Assembly (NCBI GenBank): GCA_964442745.1
Contig: CAYUAI010000011.1
Span: 4,873-68,872, forward strand
DNA length: 64,000 nt
Reading direction: 5' to 3'
DNA from: an uncultured Chromatiales bacterium
GTDB lineage: Bacteria > Pseudomonadota > Gammaproteobacteria > S012-40
The position numbers and the translations under genes are program-made. Positions 40,511-51,946 of the stretch are shown here, in pieces; the first letter of the stretch is position 1; the number at the start of each line of letters is the position of its first letter. The notes beneath the pieces are model-generated. The model had not been told where the DNA came from. It made no database searches and was given only the letters and a program-made list of their open reading frames with translations.

Positions 40511-41776
40511 TTATCTCATATCAAGCCAAAGCAAATCCCGGTATTTATTTTCAAGCTGCTGGGAAAGCGCGGCATAACTTCGATGGCGACGCACATATTC
40601 ATAACCGGCTTCTAGTTTATCATCCAGCTCATCCGTATTTTCAACAATATGAATCACTTCACTAGCAAACGCCTCCGGACAATACTCCACCGCCCGTCCC
40701 GCCCCACTTTCACTGAGCACCTTAGCCTGGTCCGGATTTTTATTGGCAACCACCGGACGTCGTAGCGCCATATATTCAATGACTTTCGTCGGGGAGGCCA
40801 CATCTAAAATAGGACTCGGCCTAAACGGTGAAAAACAAACCGTTGCCATTTTAATATAAGCCCAAGCTTCTTCCATAGGAACAAACCCAGTAAAAATAAC
40901 ATGGCCTTGCAAACCCAGGCGCTGGGCTTCGTCACGCAAGCGTTGTATATCTGACTCGGGCGCATCACCCACCAAAATTAAGATAGCATCAGGGATGGTT
41001 TTACGAACCAAATGCAACATCTGGATGAGAAACTCGATCCGCCGCACCCGAACCATCGTCCCCATATAGACAAGCACCGTCTTTGCCTGCCAATGTGTAT
41101 TGCCCAGCCGGGGTATCTGAGCATTGTCAAGCTGATCTAAACTGATTCCCATGGGTACCGGTGTCATCCCCTTTTGAGATATCCCTTTTGCCGCCAGCTG
41201 TTTAGCCATCTGTTCACTTTGTACAAAAATATGATCTGTATGCGGTAATACGTGACGATATAACAGCCAATGCAGCAAAGTACCACGTATGTGATAAAAC
41301 GCTCTCTTAAGCCTCGACAAATCAATTTCTTTATCGGCGGCACGAAACAAATCGGCTTCTGGAAAAGGAAATGACATCCAATAATAAAATGGGGTAGCGC
41401 GTCCTTTCAGTGCAAGCCCCACAATATAGCCGGCAAACACATTATCTCGAACTTGTACAAAGTCATAGATTTTTTTTCTGGCCCGACTAAAAAGTCGTAT
41501 ATCATGCCATAAGCCCAGGCATCGATTCGCCAATTTCCCCCATATCCCTTTGCCTTTTAATGCGCCACCGAGAAACAAGCGCTCCCGACGATTAAGCCGC
41601 AATAGTTTGAATGATGAGGCCTCAGCTGACTGCATATGCCAATCCACAGTATGACCTTTTTTGATTAATCCGGCTGAAAATAACTCGGTAAGATCGACCC
41701 GATAAGTCGGATATTTTTCCCGTGTCGCATATAAAAAGCGAAATTTCTTACTCTGATTATCTATGTCCATCTCCAC
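40511..41776 (-). CDS. Glycosyltransferase family 4
   Basis: GT-B C-terminal domain. Confidence 0.7.
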   Translation of the reverse strand: MEMDIDNQSKKFRFLYATREKYPTYRVDLTELFSAGLIKKGHTVDWHMQSAEASSFKLLRLNRRERLFLGGALKGKGIWGKLANRCLGLWHDIRLFSRARKKIYDFVQVRDNVFAGYIVGLALKGRATPFYYWMSFPFPEADLFRAADKEIDLSRLKRAFYHIRGTLLHWLLYRHVLPHTDHIFVQSEQMAKQLAAKGISQKGMTPVPMGISLDQLDNAQIPRLGNTHWQAKTVLVYMGTMVRVRRIEFLIQMLHLVRKTIPDAILILVGDAPESDIQRLRDEAQRLGLQGHVIFTGFVPMEEAWAYIKMATVCFSPFRPSPILDVASPTKVIEYMALRRPVVANKNPDQAKVLSESGAGRAVEYCPEAFASEVIHIVENTDELDDKLEAGYEYVRRHRSYAALSQQLENKYRDLLWLDMR

Positions 41777-42551
41777 TCATTGTCAATTTCTTCAATATCC
41801 GATATCCCGCATCTTTCATTAAAGAATACGGCGGCATATCTTTAGTTGCTAACCGCAATTTCATACGAAACCGCCATAGAGAATCGTGTCCATGGATTTC
41901 CACTCGCCGAAGTAAATAAGGATCAACATCTGGTCGATTTTTCCCTGCCCTCGTCGAGCAAGCTAATCGATACCCGGCTTCAGCCACCCCATTCCGCACC
42001 GCCTGATTAACATGACCATAGGGATAAGCAAAGTATTGCACTCGCTTGCCTAATCGTTGCTCCAGTTGCTGCTTGCTCTGTTTAATTTCCAGCCTGGCAC
42101 GGACTAACGGGACATCACCGAGTTTACAATGACTCAGGCTATGACTACCAATTTCAATACCATGACGATCGAGCGCGTCCAATTGATCCCATGTCAACAT
42201 TTCTCTACGAGGAAAACCCGCGTCAATCAACCAGTCATTACATCGACCTACCAGGCTTGATACCACAAATACACACGCAGGAAAATCAAATGCTCGCAGG
42301 ATCGGCAAGGCCGTATCATAAGTACAGGATGTGCCATCATCAAAAGTGATCGCAATGGCTTTTTCCGGCCATTTCGCTTCACCATTTAAGCACTGGACTA
42401 TTTCACTCAAGCCAATCACGGCATAAGCTTCGTCTTTCAAATAGTGCATTTGTAAGCGAAATTGGTCTGGCGTGCAACAAAAGCGTTGCTCAATCGAATT
42501 CATAGATTCATCAATGATGTGATACATCAAAATGATGCAATTTTCTGACAT
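41757..42551 (-). CDS. Polysaccharide deacetylase (NodB-homology, carbohydrate esterase family 4)
   Basis: NodB motifs ITFDDG and HSLSH. Confidence 0.8.
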   Translation of the reverse strand: MSENCIILMYHIIDESMNSIEQRFCCTPDQFRLQMHYLKDEAYAVIGLSEIVQCLNGEAKWPEKAIAITFDDGTSCTYDTALPILRAFDFPACVFVVSSLVGRCNDWLIDAGFPRREMLTWDQLDALDRHGIEIGSHSLSHCKLGDVPLVRARLEIKQSKQQLEQRLGKRVQYFAYPYGHVNQAVRNGVAEAGYRLACSTRAGKNRPDVDPYLLRRVEIHGHDSLWRFRMKLRLATKDMPPYSLMKDAGYRILKKLTMSGDGHR

Positions 42552-42559
42552 AGCAAATA

Positions 42560-43444
42560 CTATTTATCTAAACATCGATTGAGATAATGCCAGGTTGGCC
42601 AGGGCAACGCTTCTCGATTCAACAACGTTGCCAAACGCTCGGTCTCGTCGGCTAACTCTTGACGCAAATATTTTTCAGTTTCAGGCAGCATACGCGGCAC
42701 CGCTTTACTCAAGTGCCGTCGATTGAGTTGACGCCTATTGATAATCCATCGGTTGTCTCTTATCCGCTTAACTAAACTCGCCCCTCCGACACGTCGCCCC
42801 AAACGACCAATCATACGCAACGTCTTATCGATTGCTGGGTATTTCTCTGCATCACTTGAATTTGCCTGGCGAAACAAAAAATCCGATTGATGGTCGGGGT
42901 CAATTTCAAGAAAATGATACAACCGATGGGCTTCACGTCGCGGATCTTGCTTGATATCTTCTTGCAATAAAATTAATATTTGTTCACGAGGAAAATGATC
43001 CAGCCAGCGCCGTAAATGCGTTGCATAACGCGATTGCTCAATATACATCAGGTTATTTGCCAAGCCCGCTTCAAAAGTTAAGTCTGCACCAGAAAATTGC
43101 TTAATGCGTATTTCATGCAAATGGTTGGAAAAAGCTCTTTCTACAGGATCTCGCAAGGTGACCACAATGCGAAGCTTTGCATCAAAACTCGCCGCTCTAG
43201 CGGGAGCACTTAAATCACAGAAATAGGACGGTGAAACTTCACCCATCACTTTAGTTACGGGCAAGGCAAGAAAATGATTAAAATACCACTGGTATCCTCG
43301 ATCATAATAATAGGAAAAAAAATTCAACTCTTTCGGCCAACTAAGGCCAACTTCAGGATGATCCTGCAACACTTTATACACCCATGTTGAAGCACATTTT
43401 TGAGCACCAATACCAATAAAGGTTGGTTTGTTTTGATAGTCCAT
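42560..43444 (-). CDS. Sulfotransferase-family protein
   Basis: 5'-PSB-like GAQKCASTW and 3'-PB TLRDPVERAFS (RDPxxRxxS). Confidence 0.7.
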   Translation of the reverse strand: MDYQNKPTFIGIGAQKCASTWVYKVLQDHPEVGLSWPKELNFFSYYYDRGYQWYFNHFLALPVTKVMGEVSPSYFCDLSAPARAASFDAKLRIVVTLRDPVERAFSNHLHEIRIKQFSGADLTFEAGLANNLMYIEQSRYATHLRRWLDHFPREQILILLQEDIKQDPRREAHRLYHFLEIDPDHQSDFLFRQANSSDAEKYPAIDKTLRMIGRLGRRVGGASLVKRIRDNRWIINRRQLNRRHLSKAVPRMLPETEKYLRQELADETERLATLLNREALPWPTWHYLNRCLDK

Positions 43445-43636
43445 TGCAATATCCGAACGCTGTATTAATATAGGTTATGTTAGTTCGCGTGATTCTTTAC
43501 AAAATAATAAACCATTTAGTAGATAAAAAATACCAACCTACTCATTCCTTCAGATCACCACTGATGCTTTTCTTATAAGGAAGTAACCAAGACGTTACAA
43601 CCGTCCATATTCGATTGATTAGGAATCAAACAGAAA

Positions 43637-44230
43637 ATGAATTTATTCACTAAAGTAAAAAACCAATTCATCAAAATCAGGCGAGCAATTATCTTTCTCG
43701 AAGATCCTGGAAAATTTCATGTGAGAATCAAAAAATTACGCAAACAAGGCATGAAAATTGGCAAGGATGTTAAAATATTGCACGACACAATTTTCGACGC
43801 ATCCCGCCCCTGGTTAATAGAAATCGGTAACAATGTCACTTTTGCTCCAAGGTGTCATGTTCTGACCCATGATGCCTCTATGGATATTTTTCTAAAAAAA
43901 ACACGCATCGGAAAAGTTAAAATATTCGACAACTGTTTTTTTGGAGCAGGCACTATCATATTACCCAATATCACCATCGGACCTAATGTCATCATAGGCG
44001 CCGGTTCGGTAGTGACAAAAAATATACCAGAGAACTCTGTATACGCCGGAAATCCTGCTCGCCTGGTAAGTCGACTTGATAAATTTCTCACCAAACATCA
44101 ACAACTATCTAATAAACACCCGAGCTACCCTTACCCAGAATACCATGTAAGATGCATCACTGCGGACCAAGCAAAGCGCATGTCCAATGAGCTAAACAAC
44201 TCCTTTGGTTACAGTATCAGAAAAAAATAA
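43637..44230 (+). CDS. Hexapeptide-repeat (LbH) acyl/acetyltransferase (sugar O-acetyltransferase-like)
   Basis: Left-handed beta-helix hexapeptide repeats (IGPNVIIGAGSVV). It is the only + strand gene inside the EPS locus. Confidence 0.75.
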   Translation: MNLFTKVKNQFIKIRRAIIFLEDPGKFHVRIKKLRKQGMKIGKDVKILHDTIFDASRPWLIEIGNNVTFAPRCHVLTHDASMDIFLKKTRIGKVKIFDNCFFGAGTIILPNITIGPNVIIGAGSVVTKNIPENSVYAGNPARLVSRLDKFLTKHQQLSNKHPSYPYPEYHVRCITADQAKRMSNELNNSFGYSIRKK

Positions 44231-44292
44231 AACCAAAGATTAAATTTATCGAGGAATAAAAAATAACACAATCAGGATGCACAAGTTATTTT

Positions 44293-45816
44293 TTATTTCC
44301 TCACTTTAGTAAACAATTTTCCCTTTAAATACATCAAGCCGTAATCTTTCGTCACGACTAATAAGGCAACATACAATAAGCTTGCTACCACAAATGAAAC
44401 GATAAGATGAAAAATATAATGGATCTCAATCAATCCAGAAATATTCGCCCCCCCCCATACGGATATCCCAGCCGCCAACAAATAAAAAAATAGTTTGCCC
44501 AACACTTTTCCTGCTGAAAACCATTCCAATTCTCTATTAAGCAATAAGGTCAACACAAAAAACGCGACAACAAACGAAATTGATTGGGCCATGGCTAATC
44601 CTAAAATACCATAGGCATGAGAAAGCGGATAAGCACATACCAAATATAAAAGAGTGCCTCCAACACCTAAAATCACAGGCACCGCGACTTTATTCATGGC
44701 ATAAAATACATTCATCATAATTTGACTGGTACTCCGAGCAATCACCGAAGGCAATAAACCGATCAAGGCCATTGTTACCAAATAATGCATATCACTAGTA
44801 AAGTTTCCCCGCATAAACAATAAGGTGATAATTTGGCTACTATGGTATGCAATCCATACCACAATGGGAACAATCATCAGGAAGATCGCAATCAATGCAT
44901 CGTTGTGCAAAAGGCCAATCTTTTTTAATTTTTGATCAGCATACAACTTAGAGGCTTTAGTGAAAGCGATCATTCTCACTCCAATTGTTGCACTGTGATA
45001 TAACGGAGTACATAACCTATCGGCCATGGCCATACTAGAGATGGCTCCAGCATCTAGCATTGAACCAAAATATCGATCAATGATGATCCTACTTCTAGCG
45101 ATAATTCCAGTCGACATCAATATACCTGAATTCACGAAAATCTTCTTAATATGAGTGCTTTTATAATCTGCAATGCACTGATATCGATAATCTGCGGCGC
45201 GTGCTAAAAGAATAAATACAATAATATTGCCAAGTAACAAACCAAACGGCAATGCATATTCCCCTAACACATTCCAGCCGAAAAAAATCGAACATAATAA
45301 AGCAACGGGCAATGCCAGTTTGCATAACACCACATGAGCATATTTCCCATTATATTGGCATACATAAATATGGAATGTATTCACCGCCATTAACATAATC
45401 GCTGGTGCCATCACCCAAAACATATTGGTTGTATTCGAAAGTTCTAAATCAGAAAAACCTGGCAACATTAAGGAAAAAATATCTTTCGCATAAAATGACA
45501 ACAATAACGTCAGCACCACCGCACAACAAAATACAATATTGACGAGTGATGACGTCAGTTTATCCGCCTGTTCATCGTGCTCCTTTTTAAGCGTAGAAAA
45601 AGCAGGAAGAAAATTTTTCCCGAGAAAATCAACAAACATGGTCATTATTAATGCCGGCAAAACATACGCCGCATAGTAGGCATCGACCAGTCGAGTCAAA
45701 CCAAAAAATCCAGCAATCGCAATATTGTTTGCCACCCCAACCAGCAAGGTCACAAAAATAATCAAATTAATATTAATTATTGATTTGGCAGTAGACAAAA
45801 TATAATTTTTTTTCAA
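44293..45816 (-). CDS. MOP-superfamily polysaccharide flippase (Wzx/MurJ-like)
   Basis: About 14 TM helices with Wzx-like topology. Confidence 0.65.
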   Translation of the reverse strand: MKKNYILSTAKSIININLIIFVTLLVGVANNIAIAGFFGLTRLVDAYYAAYVLPALIMTMFVDFLGKNFLPAFSTLKKEHDEQADKLTSSLVNIVFCCAVVLTLLLSFYAKDIFSLMLPGFSDLELSNTTNMFWVMAPAIMLMAVNTFHIYVCQYNGKYAHVVLCKLALPVALLCSIFFGWNVLGEYALPFGLLLGNIIVFILLARAADYRYQCIADYKSTHIKKIFVNSGILMSTGIIARSRIIIDRYFGSMLDAGAISSMAMADRLCTPLYHSATIGVRMIAFTKASKLYADQKLKKIGLLHNDALIAIFLMIVPIVVWIAYHSSQIITLLFMRGNFTSDMHYLVTMALIGLLPSVIARSTSQIMMNVFYAMNKVAVPVILGVGGTLLYLVCAYPLSHAYGILGLAMAQSISFVVAFFVLTLLLNRELEWFSAGKVLGKLFFYLLAAGISVWGGANISGLIEIHYIFHLIVSFVVASLLYVALLVVTKDYGLMYLKGKLFTKVRK

Positions 45817-45923
45817 AAAACGTCAGTGAAACCCATCATAAATACCCGTGCTGAGCAAACACGCTACCGCCTTACAGTGCGAATCCTAACATTCGCTCTT
45901 TTACGACGTAATAAAAACTAATG

Positions 45924-46766
45924 TTAGTTTTCTTCTTCCTCAGGTACATACCAAACAAACACACCACCTTGATCTCGCTCTTTTACCACATCCAGAATAA
46001 CTTGTGCATCAATATAAGGTTTTTTTTCCGCAAAGCCATAGGCCAATGCGGTATCACATAAGATATTCACAATTCTAGGTATACCGTGACTATTTTCCCA
46101 TATCATTGAACAAGCCTCACCATTAAACAATTCTTTATGGCCACCTGCCGCTTGCAGTCGATGCTGAATATACGCCATGGTTTCTTCTTTATCCAATGCC
46201 TGGAGATGATAGGCCACGGAAATACGCTGAGAAAATTGTTTTAGATTTGACTGTTGCAAGGTTTGGCGTAACTCTGGCTGCCCAATGAGCACTAATTGCA
46301 ATGCTTGATACTTATCCGCATTGAAATTGGTTAACATTCTTAATTCTTCGAGTGCTTGCGCAGAGAGATTTTGCGCTTCATCGATCACTAATACCGTGCG
46401 TCGATGACTCGTGTATTCCGCTGCAATAAAACGAAGAAGATCCTCTGCTAATTCTATTTTTTGCTTACCGCGATAGCTCAACCCAAAGGCCATCAAAATC
46501 CAGCACAATAACTCACCAAAGGATTGATAGGTATTATTGATTAAGCCAATGGTGGTGTTATCTTCCGCGTCATCCAACAAACACCTAGCAAGCGTAGTTT
46601 TTCCTGAGCCAATTTCTCCGGTAATCACCGTGTACCCAGAGTTTTTCATCAAACCATACTGCAACATGGTCAAAGCATTTAGATGCTTTTTTCCAAGAAA
46701 CAAAAATGCAGGATCAGGCAATAAAGAAAAAGGATTTTCAGTAAAGTGATAAAAATCGTTATACAT
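45924..46766 (-). CDS. XrtA/PEP-CTERM system-associated AAA ATPase (ExeA-like)
   Basis: Walker A GEIGSGKTTL and Walker B VLVIDEAQ. Size about 280 aa, in XrtA locus context. Confidence 0.7.
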   Translation of the reverse strand: MYNDFYHFTENPFSLLPDPAFLFLGKKHLNALTMLQYGLMKNSGYTVITGEIGSGKTTLARCLLDDAEDNTTIGLINNTYQSFGELLCWILMAFGLSYRGKQKIELAEDLLRFIAAEYTSHRRTVLVIDEAQNLSAQALEELRMLTNFNADKYQALQLVLIGQPELRQTLQQSNLKQFSQRISVAYHLQALDKEETMAYIQHRLQAAGGHKELFNGEACSMIWENSHGIPRIVNILCDTALAYGFAEKKPYIDAQVILDVVKERDQGGVFVWYVPEEEEN

Positions 46767-46823
46767 AACAACCTAATGTTCCGCTCTAGCCAATAAATGT
46801 AACTCACATGGGACAATATTTTC

Positions 46824-47624
46824 CTAATAATAGGATTTTTTATTCACTTCTGCTTTATTAAGTATCGTACCAAGGAAGTTAACATTGTCCCCCAATAGTT
46901 GCATCGCATCTTTTAAACTCTGAGCTTGAGTAATTCCTTCTTCCACCACTAACAATATCGCATCAATGTAAGGTGCAAGCACCAAGGCATCATCAACCAT
47001 CAATATAGGAGGAAGATCCATCACAATGATTCGGTTTTGATAACGGTTTTTTATTTCTTGAATCAAATTAAGTATTTTCGGTAATGACAAAAGTTCGGAA
47101 GAATTTCGCAAAGCTTCCCCCCCAGGCAGTACCACTAAACGCTCAATCGAGGGATGAATTAAAATTTCCTCTAGTGGAGTATCATCATGAATATAATGAC
47201 TGATACCTTTATGCTGGGAAAGTCCAAATAATTTATGAATGCTAGGTCGGCGCAAATCAAAATCCACAAGCAAAACCGTATAATTCACTTCTCGTGCAAT
47301 GCTGATCGCCAAATTGATGGCCGTTACACTTTTTCCTTCCCCTTTTCCAGGGCTAGTCACAGCAATTGTATTCCAACCATGGGCGCGTATTTTCAGCAAC
47401 ACCTTAGTGCGCAACATTCGATAAGCATCCGTAATGATATTATCGCTTTGATCGGCAATAATTCGATTTTTGTCCAGCCATTTCGGATCCGTGATAAATC
47501 GCCGTGTGTGAATATAATTCAAGTTTTCCAATAACACGCTGTCAGAATTTTTGACGGCCCGTTGCGAATTGATGAGACCTTTATTATCTTTTAATAAATC
47601 GAGGGCTTTTTTAAGCTGTTCCAT
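46824..47624 (-). CDS. EPS chain-length-determinant tyrosine autokinase (BY-kinase, EpsG-like)
   Basis: Walker A SPGKGEGKS and Walker B VLLVDFDLRRP. Confidence 0.7.
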   Translation of the reverse strand: MEQLKKALDLLKDNKGLINSQRAVKNSDSVLLENLNYIHTRRFITDPKWLDKNRIIADQSDNIITDAYRMLRTKVLLKIRAHGWNTIAVTSPGKGEGKSVTAINLAISIAREVNYTVLLVDFDLRRPSIHKLFGLSQHKGISHYIHDDTPLEEILIHPSIERLVVLPGGEALRNSSELLSLPKILNLIQEIKNRYQNRIIVMDLPPILMVDDALVLAPYIDAILLVVEEGITQAQSLKDAMQLLGDNVNFLGTILNKAEVNKKSYY

Positions 47625-47694
47625 GTTTTATCTGTATTTTTATGAGTAATGAAGACATGTTTCTATCATTTTTGTATGACGTAGTTCTGCCCAA

Positions 47695-49431
47695 TTAATC
47701 GAGCAATAAAAACCACAGCACATCAATCGGCTTATAAAAAACATGCACGACGATCAAACTAATACTCATGACGATTAAACTAACTATCATGCCAATCAGC
47801 AAGTACAACCGTCGCTGGCTTTTTTCTGTTTGTGTCACAATATATGGAATCACCGCAATCGGAGAACTTCCAATCACCGCCGCCACCCCTTTCTCGCCTC
47901 GCATACTACGGTCCATGCCTTCTGCAACCGCCGCCACGCCTAATCCTCCAGCAAAGGAAAATACCAACCCTAAAAACAGGATCGCAAGACGATTAGGTTT
48001 GTCAGGTTTGTCAGGCTGTCGCGGTGGCTCGATTAAAGTAAATCGCTCGGCTTTACTCCCCTTTTCAAGTTCTTCAGCTAATTGCGCTTGGTTGAGCTTG
48101 ACTTCTATTTCTTTATATTTAGAAAGCGTTGTTTCATAGTCACGAGTCAATTGCCGATATTGTTGTTCTACTTGCGGCGTTTTTAACAAACGTCTTTCAT
48201 ATACCGACATTTTGTTTTTTTGACTCTCCGCTTTTTCTTTGATTGATATTAATTCGGCATCAGTGGCATTAAGTTGGGTCAGTAATTGAATATAGGCGGG
48301 ATTGTCTGGCTTAGTAGACTCATTCAATAGATCATCGGTATCTAATGGTAAATTAACGACTTGTTTTTCTAGCTCATTGACCATCGCTTGCAAATTTTTT
48401 ACATCCGGATGCTTGACTTCATAACGATTTCGAGCTTGTGCTAACTCAGCACGCGCTCGAGCTAATTCATTGGCTAATACATTGCTTTTTTGTTTCCGAT
48501 CCTTCGTTAACGAAGTGATCTGTCGCTTTAACTTCATCACATCCGGATGGGTTTCGGCATAAGTCGCCGCCAATTGTAAATATTGCATCTCTAAGGCCTT
48601 GAGCTGATCCTCTGGATTCAACACACGCTGACCGCTAAATGTGACAAGCATGTGGTTCGGCTGCATTTGTACAAGCTCGGATTGCAAGTATATTTTTCTT
48701 TCCTCAAGAAGACCCATTTGTCGCTTCGTTTCAGCATATTCCTGATCAGCGCGTTGCATAACTTGCATATTAAGCTGTACCATCTCAGGTAACTGGCGCA
48801 TGTTTTTTCGCTTAAAGCGAGCAAGCTGTGCTTCTAGCTCGCTCAACTGCTGATTCAGTTTTTCTGCTTCAACGGCTAAAAATTCATGCGTATCAGCGGC
48901 CTTTTGAGTCCGCGTTCTCAAGTTTTCATTCAGATACAATGAAACCAGTTCATTAGCCACCCGTTGGGCTAATAACGGAATTTTATTTTCATAGGACAAG
49001 GTAAATGCAATGGTTGCTTGCGTTGACCGGCCACTGCGGGGATCAATCACATCCGCACTGACCATCTTCAATTCAACGGCGTCTCGCATTTTCGCCAACA
49101 CATTATCGATCGAGTGTTCCTTGCGCTCATCAACATATAAATCGTATTTTTCAATGACTTGCAACAAATTACTGGTCGTCATCACTTGTTGATTCAGTAT
49201 CTGTATGCGCTCATCGGCAAAACTCGTCACCGTGGAACGCACTAAATCCTGAGGGATGTCTTGCTGCTCAATAAGAATGGTGGCTGTTGAACGATAAATA
49301 GCGGGCAATGACAAGGCAACAATGATCGCAAACAACATAATTAGCAGGGCCGGCACAATTACCTGCCACTTACGTCTGCGTAAAACACCAAAATAATCTG
49401 ATAATGTCTTTTCGTAAGCGTACATATTCAT
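47695..49431 (-). CDS. Polysaccharide chain-length determinant protein (Wzz/GumC-like, EpsF-like)
   Basis: N-terminal TM, a long periplasmic coiled-coil, and a C-terminal TM with a Gly-rich segment. Confidence 0.7.
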   Translation of the reverse strand: MNMYAYEKTLSDYFGVLRRRKWQVIVPALLIMLFAIIVALSLPAIYRSTATILIEQQDIPQDLVRSTVTSFADERIQILNQQVMTTSNLLQVIEKYDLYVDERKEHSIDNVLAKMRDAVELKMVSADVIDPRSGRSTQATIAFTLSYENKIPLLAQRVANELVSLYLNENLRTRTQKAADTHEFLAVEAEKLNQQLSELEAQLARFKRKNMRQLPEMVQLNMQVMQRADQEYAETKRQMGLLEERKIYLQSELVQMQPNHMLVTFSGQRVLNPEDQLKALEMQYLQLAATYAETHPDVMKLKRQITSLTKDRKQKSNVLANELARARAELAQARNRYEVKHPDVKNLQAMVNELEKQVVNLPLDTDDLLNESTKPDNPAYIQLLTQLNATDAELISIKEKAESQKNKMSVYERRLLKTPQVEQQYRQLTRDYETTLSKYKEIEVKLNQAQLAEELEKGSKAERFTLIEPPRQPDKPDKPNRLAILFLGLVFSFAGGLGVAAVAEGMDRSMRGEKGVAAVIGSSPIAVIPYIVTQTEKSQRRLYLLIGMIVSLIVMSISLIVVHVFYKPIDVLWFLLLD

Positions 49432-49604
49432 TTATATTTTAATTATGGTAATTATCCAGTCGAGCAAAGTACACTCAAAATAAGTCATGAGCATTAAATA
49501 AAAGTCTTCATCTAAAGTGTCAAGATAATGCAGTATTTATCGAAATAAGCACGCTGAATTCCGTTAAAAAATACTAGAAATCTAGGCAAAAATAACAAAG
49601 CTAC

Positions 49605-50813
49605 TTAAAAATAATCCAATTTCAAAGCACCCCAAGTGTATTTTATATCAATGACAAGTCGATTCGATATCCCGAATTTTGTGACAGATTGAAAGCGCTG
49701 CCCTGTCAATTGATAGCCGATACTCGTTAATAGATTTTTCTTCACTTGATATATATAGGCAGCACTCATTGAAAAAAGAAAACGGTCATTATCAATATCA
49801 TTTAACCGCTCTTGACGCAATACTTTGAATGCAAAAGTAAACCTATTTTTTTCTTTTAATTGATACTTGGCAGATAAACTCAATTGATCCTCTTGCATCA
49901 TCGAACCGACACCGCTTGGTATTAAGCTCCTCATATACACCGTCGCTAGCTGTCCCCGGTATAAGCTCATTTTCCATCCGACTTTGAAAATCAAAGCATA
50001 CGATTGCTCCGAAAGTTTAATACGCCGAAACGAGCGGTTAAACGTTTGCACATTTTCATACAAACGCGTGCCAGCACTCAACGCAAGCTCACTTTTTTCT
50101 GACATCCGTCGATCTAAGCCCATGGACAAACCCATGGCTCGGGTTGTCAATTGCGATTCGTCAACCCGATAGCGGGAGGCATAAAGCAAACCATTTATTT
50201 TTTGTTTTTCACTGAGAATATAACTCAGGCTACTGCCAATTTCCTGAAAGGTATAATCCAACAGACGTTTTGATTCACGCCCTTGATAATCGGTCTGAAG
50301 CCAACCGTACAACACACTCATTTGAGTTCGTTCTGACAATTGTTTGCTCCACTGCGGTTGCAACTGCCATCTTCGACGCTGCTCAGTGGTTTCTATTAAT
50401 CCCGTTGCTTCTCTTTCAGTCGATAAGATACTGCTGTTATCCAATTCCACGTTCCACTGAAAAATATTTTTTTCAAAACGATGATTCCCATAAAAATTCG
50501 CTTTCTGTCCATTGCTGTTCAGTCTTTTATTTCGATCAAAACGCTTCATTTTAAATATTGCTTTCAAATACATCTCAGTTTTTTCCGTTCGATGATGCAC
50601 TTTAAATTGTGGAGCAATCTCAATTGAATTTGCATTTTTTTTCCCATTTGTCGCCAATTTTACATTATCATCGACGATAAATCTGCTATACAGCTCAGGT
50701 GTAATAATAATATCTGCCAATCCGCAACGAGAAAAAATAATCACCATCGCACCCAATAAACCGGCTAAAACATTAGATCTTGAGAGTACGTGCGAATCGC
50801 CGCAAGCTATCAC
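49605..50813 (-). CDS. Putative outer-membrane beta-barrel protein of the PEP-CTERM/exosortase EPS system
   Basis: Alternating amphipathic beta-strand pattern and a C-terminal aromatic residue (…LKLDYF). Its start overlaps the stop of the export gene. Confidence 0.45.
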   Translation of the reverse strand: MIACGDSHVLSRSNVLAGLLGAMVIIFSRCGLADIIITPELYSRFIVDDNVKLATNGKKNANSIEIAPQFKVHHRTEKTEMYLKAIFKMKRFDRNKRLNSNGQKANFYGNHRFEKNIFQWNVELDNSSILSTEREATGLIETTEQRRRWQLQPQWSKQLSERTQMSVLYGWLQTDYQGRESKRLLDYTFQEIGSSLSYILSEKQKINGLLYASRYRVDESQLTTRAMGLSMGLDRRMSEKSELALSAGTRLYENVQTFNRSFRRIKLSEQSYALIFKVGWKMSLYRGQLATVYMRSLIPSGVGSMMQEDQLSLSAKYQLKEKNRFTFAFKVLRQERLNDIDNDRFLFSMSAAYIYQVKKNLLTSIGYQLTGQRFQSVTKFGISNRLVIDIKYTWGALKLDYF

Positions 50814-51415
50814 CGTACAACAACAACATCACCTGCATCGAGCAAAATGTTTTGCTCGAGCTTGACCCCCGTTGAAACTTCATCATAATTGAACTTGAAT
50901 ACCGTCTGGCTAGCACCGATCCGCCGAAGTATTTTAAGATTTTTAGCGTTGGCAAAAGGTGTCAACCCACCCGCAAGGCTTAACACTTGCATCACATCAC
51001 CATCTTCTTGCACCGTGTACTGGCCGGGCTTGCTGATTTGACCAATCACATAAACTTTATTGCCTGATACGAGACGCACTAACACGGTCACTACGGGGTC
51101 AGGTATAAATTCCTTTAATTTCTCCCGAATGACCAACTCAACTTGCTCAGGCGTTTTTCCAGCCGCCTGGATATGCCCAACTAAGGGGAAAGATAATTTA
51201 CCATCCGGTCGAACTAAAACTTCACTCTGCAGACCCTCTTCTTTCCAAACAGAAATGTCTAACACATCTCCCTGCACTAATAAATAACGGCGATCATCCC
51301 TCAAGGAAGCTGAATTTTCGGCCAAAATAATAGACGATAGGACAAACAAGCTCAGTAGCAATAAGCCTTTTTTTTTTATATTTCTGTTCATAGCAATAGT
51401 AATTAATGAATTCAA
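50810..51415 (-). CDS. Polysaccharide export outer-membrane protein (Wza/EpsE-like, short form)
   Basis: Wza-like PES motif region (LRPDGKLSFPLVGHIQAAGKTPEQV) and a SLBB-like domain (VLSLAGGLTPFANAKNLKILRR). Confidence 0.75.
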   Translation of the reverse strand: MNSLITIAMNRNIKKKGLLLLSLFVLSSIILAENSASLRDDRRYLLVQGDVLDISVWKEEGLQSEVLVRPDGKLSFPLVGHIQAAGKTPEQVELVIREKLKEFIPDPVVTVLVRLVSGNKVYVIGQISKPGQYTVQEDGDVMQVLSLAGGLTPFANAKNLKILRRIGASQTVFKFNYDEVSTGVKLEQNILLDAGDVVVVR

Positions 51416-51946
51416 ATTTTATGAAAATTTCAACTAAAAATAATAAAATTTACTGCGATAAAAATAGGCCAAACGTTTATCAAACGACCCGACGAGTAAT
51501 CGCGCACGCTAACCCTCTCAGCCATCGCCCAATGATGTGTTGAATAAATTTCACTCAAAAACAGCAAATCCTTCCCTATGAAAAATAAAAATGCAATAAA
51601 CTCACATCGTAATTTTAGAGCGCTAGGTTGTCTAATAGACAGTGTACTTCTGGATTTATATTTTTTATGATTGATATTGTCTTATTTTTCTGCCATCTGA
51701 ATCGTTTTCAAACAGCAAAAGCATCCATGTTATTCTGGACAGCAAGACAATAAATTTTAGATTGAGTTATTTTTAAATTATTGTTTTTAAGAATAGTCCC
51801 AACTCTATCAGCTTTTTTCATGTATGTCGACCGTCCGTCATCATCAACAATGAAAAATATAAAAACAGTCATTACTTTGTACAGAAAAAAAACGAATATT
51901 TTTTAGTTCGTACAAATCAACCACCCTCTCACCAATCATCTGTTTA